The notes under the pieces were generated by a model. That model was not told where the DNA came from. It worked only from the letters and a program-made list of their open reading frames with translations, and searched no databases. Source: Phoronis australis (taxonomy: Eukaryota > Animalia > Phoronida). From it: a DNA stretch of 49,587 nucleotides. The stretch is taken from contig NMRA01000888.1 in the NCBI GenBank assembly GCA_002633005.1, positions 43,176-92,762 on the forward strand. The letters run 5' to 3'. Below are positions 46,780-49,587 of the stretch, piece by piece. Each line of letters starts with the position of its first letter. Position 1 is the stretch's first letter. A program made the position numbers and the translations under genes.

Positions 46780-48518
46780 CTACAATAGCAGAACCGAATA
46801 TCGTTAATACTGACATGCAGACAAAAGAAAATTGTTGGTACTTGCAACTAATAGATTTTCTTCATAATAACTCTCTGCCATTGACCATTTCACTGATACC
46901 GGAAATAGATGCATGCGCAGTTGAGAGCAAAGATGTGTGAGACACAAGTCACCTATGGTAAAGATTCTTCTATTTGGGACAAAAATAATAGCTAAAATTG
47001 CCATATTTCTATTTTTCTGAGGCTTAGCACTTTGTTGCAAATGCTCAAAATTTTACCAAATGTTGTTTGGTAATAGCAACGCCATAGAAACCGTGCAAAA
47101 AGCAAAGAAAACTTTCTTGAAAAGTTATTTTGATGAGAAATTCGACAACATGAAATTTCATCAGTCTGCTATATTGCAATTCAAATTGAAGAATTTTTAC
47201 CATAATCAAGAATCAAGAATGTGCAACACAGATGATCACGTGGTTGGTAAGCTGGTAGTTAACTTTTGGATAGATACTATCTGATACACTTATATCTATG
47301 ATAGACTGCTTGAAACACTCTAAAGTGAAATGACCTATTCAGATCGTATATCTACGTCTACTGACAGCGCTGTTCGGGATGACTGCTATCCCACAATGCA
47401 TTGTGTGTAAATTGTCTCTCGATATCCGTAGAAAGGTCAATCAAGTATATAATATGAATCATAGAGACAACTAAGTAAGTTAACTATTACTTCGAATATT
47501 TTTATGGACATGTATCAAATATGAAGACGAATGTTGTCCTAATGGCTGTATGAAGTTACAGCTGATACCAGAATGCATCCCATAACGCACTAACTATGCA
47601 ACCTGGCTCTGTTTCACAAAAAGAGACAAAAGACTTAAGTCAGAAATCTGGTTTTACCTCTACACAAATATATAAGAAAAATAATTTCATCTCACTTGCA
47701 CACAAGTCCAACGTCTACGGGAATATACACAAAACTGACAGCTACTGAGACAATTACCACAAAATTATTTCTAAACTGTGATGCACTGCTAAAGATATCC
47801 GCAATTGTGAAATAGGAGTTTAAGACCACATTTTTGTCTCAAGTTACTTAAGAACATAAGTGTTATAAGTCTTACCAATGATATCACTACTACTAGTTCT
47901 CCGTTATGCTAATTTTGCAAAAGATCCACGGGACTGAGACAGTCACGCAGTCCCTTTACCAAGACTCATTAAGACAACAAGGGACACTGCAATGACACCT
48001 CTTGAGCATAAATGAGTAGTGTTTTCTATTACAAATTGTTAGGCAAACACAAAACATAAAGTATCACACAACTGCGAATCAATTAACACGATAGAACCTG
48101 CTAATCCAGAGAAGTGAGACGTAACATCTGTATCTAGTTGCGCTCGTTACGTTGGACAATGAAAAATCAATTTGACTTGGTTTTCAAGTTACATACAGAC
48201 CCTGGCATCTACTTGAGTTACAAAGCATTACAGTATAGACAGGAACTGAAATGAATATGCAAAACTTTCAGAGTGAATATTATTGAACAACTCGTGCGGC
48301 AGCTAAATTACATATTGCAGATCCCTCTGATGAGAACCTGATTTTTAATTTTCAAGAACACAGAAATCCATGAAGCAAACCAAAATTTCCGGTGTTTTTC
48401 AATTTGTGAATTAGCAAAATCTGTTTACTATTTCAAAGTAACAAATGAGCAAGTGGTTGGCCTGAACCCTTGCATTGGTCAACTCTGAGCTGCATATATG
48501 ATTCAACTCAGTTTTACC

Positions 48519-48578
48519 CATGACTTGGTACACTCCGTCATGACTTGGTACACTCCGTCATGACTTGGTACACTCCGT
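48519..48578 (+). repeat. 20-bp tandem repeat, 3 copies
   Basis: CATGACTTGGTACACTCCGT x3. Confidence 0.95.
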
Positions 48579-49071
48579 ATTCTCAACTAGCAGAAAATGG
48601 AGACAGAACAATGCCACGTGAAGAAAAAATGAAAAACATATCTGATGCAAAGCGATGCCGGGGATTGGGTTGTGGCCAGAATGGGTCTCAGGAAACATTT
48701 GATGATGGATTGGCTTGTGGCCAGAATGGGTCTCAGGTAACACATTTCATGAAGTACAGTTACAAATTACAGTTAATTAGTGAAAAATATTCAAATTCTG
48801 GTATCTACCTCTAGAATATGAAAGTTCAGCCCAAAATCTCGAAATCTGTGGAAGAAGTTAGACTCTGTGAATTCCGTCTGTTATTCGTCAACATAGAAAC
48901 GCGGAGATATCATGTTAAATATGAATACAGCATAACTAAAGACCCTGTTCATTCATCGGTATCATACTTCTAGGAAAAAAATCTGCAAATGTATGTAAAA
49001 CCATAGCCATCTTTGTACAGTCACTACCGCCCTTAAGCTACTAAAATGCTAAATCTTTATAGTAGAAAGTA

Positions 49072-49235
49072 CCGTAATCGTTCGGGTTAACGCCCTGGGC
49101 GGTTAAATTGGCGAACCCAAAAAATCGGGGGAGGGCGGTTAACCGAGCAGTGGGCGGTTAAATCGAAAATCCAACTAAAGTAGGGGATGGGCGGTTAACC
49201 GAACAGGGGCGCTTATTATGACAGTCAACCGCAGG
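49072..49235. mobile_element. Short TA-flanked MITE with GGGCGGTTAA subrepeats
   Basis: TA|CCGTAA start; four GGGCGGTTAA motifs; degenerate ...GG|TA end. Confidence 0.5.
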
Positions 49236-49587
49236 TAATCTTACCTGGCGATCTAAAATCCCGACACGACACTCATACTCGGAACGCGTAGCCCTTTTCA
49301 AAGAGCTTTATCGTCACGTCGCCAAATGACTGTGAAAACGTCATAACAGCGGATGATCCCAACAAAGGTTCTCTTGCCCTCAGATTAGTCATTCACTATT
49401 AAATTTACAAAATTGCTGAGTAATAGCCCCGTGCCGTCCTGCGGTGCGCAGACGACCAGTGACCACGAAGCCTCCACTAGAATTAAAACTGTTTCAAGAT
49501 GTGACCCTGCTTAAGTGCGCGCGTACAAGCTTCACGTGTTGCAGAGGTCAGACATCAAATTTATGGTCTCGTACTATATGTAGCTGT

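Noticed and set aside
46860-46930. KWSMAE in ORF 46804-47040 resembles the WSLAE expected just before DHINF in TRAPPC8
   Set aside because: No GT donor follows the Glu codon and the upstream residues do not match; the real exon is probably beyond the window.

Overview
AT-rich, intron-rich animal genomic DNA, probably a marine invertebrate (inferred from repeat content). It comes from a fragmented assembly with single-N joins at 16957, 31944, 35453 and 41244. Two spliced genes lie on the minus strand. The first is a complete 7-exon cathepsin Z (12252->2871, 309 aa). The second is the last 14 exons (~842 aa) of TRAPPC8/Trs85 (46779->19944), whose 5' part is beyond the window. About 1.44 kb of TRAPPC8 is duplicated across the N at 31944, most likely a haplotype assembly artefact. 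The non-coding space holds many mobile elements: a TTAA-flanked Kolobok deletion derivative with THAP and KolX-like remnants, an AT-flanked ISL2EU-like THAP element nested in a MITE, a solo LTR with a 5-bp TSD, and a 710-bp palindrome made of Penelope-like GIY-YIG ends. The most unusual signal is a Helentron/HINE-like element whose ~145-161-bp core repeats each carry a CTCF-consensus motif, giving a co-oriented array of 7 sites. Further CTCF-like motifs sit in a separate foldback repeat family. All calls were made by eye and family names are from recall, not database searches.
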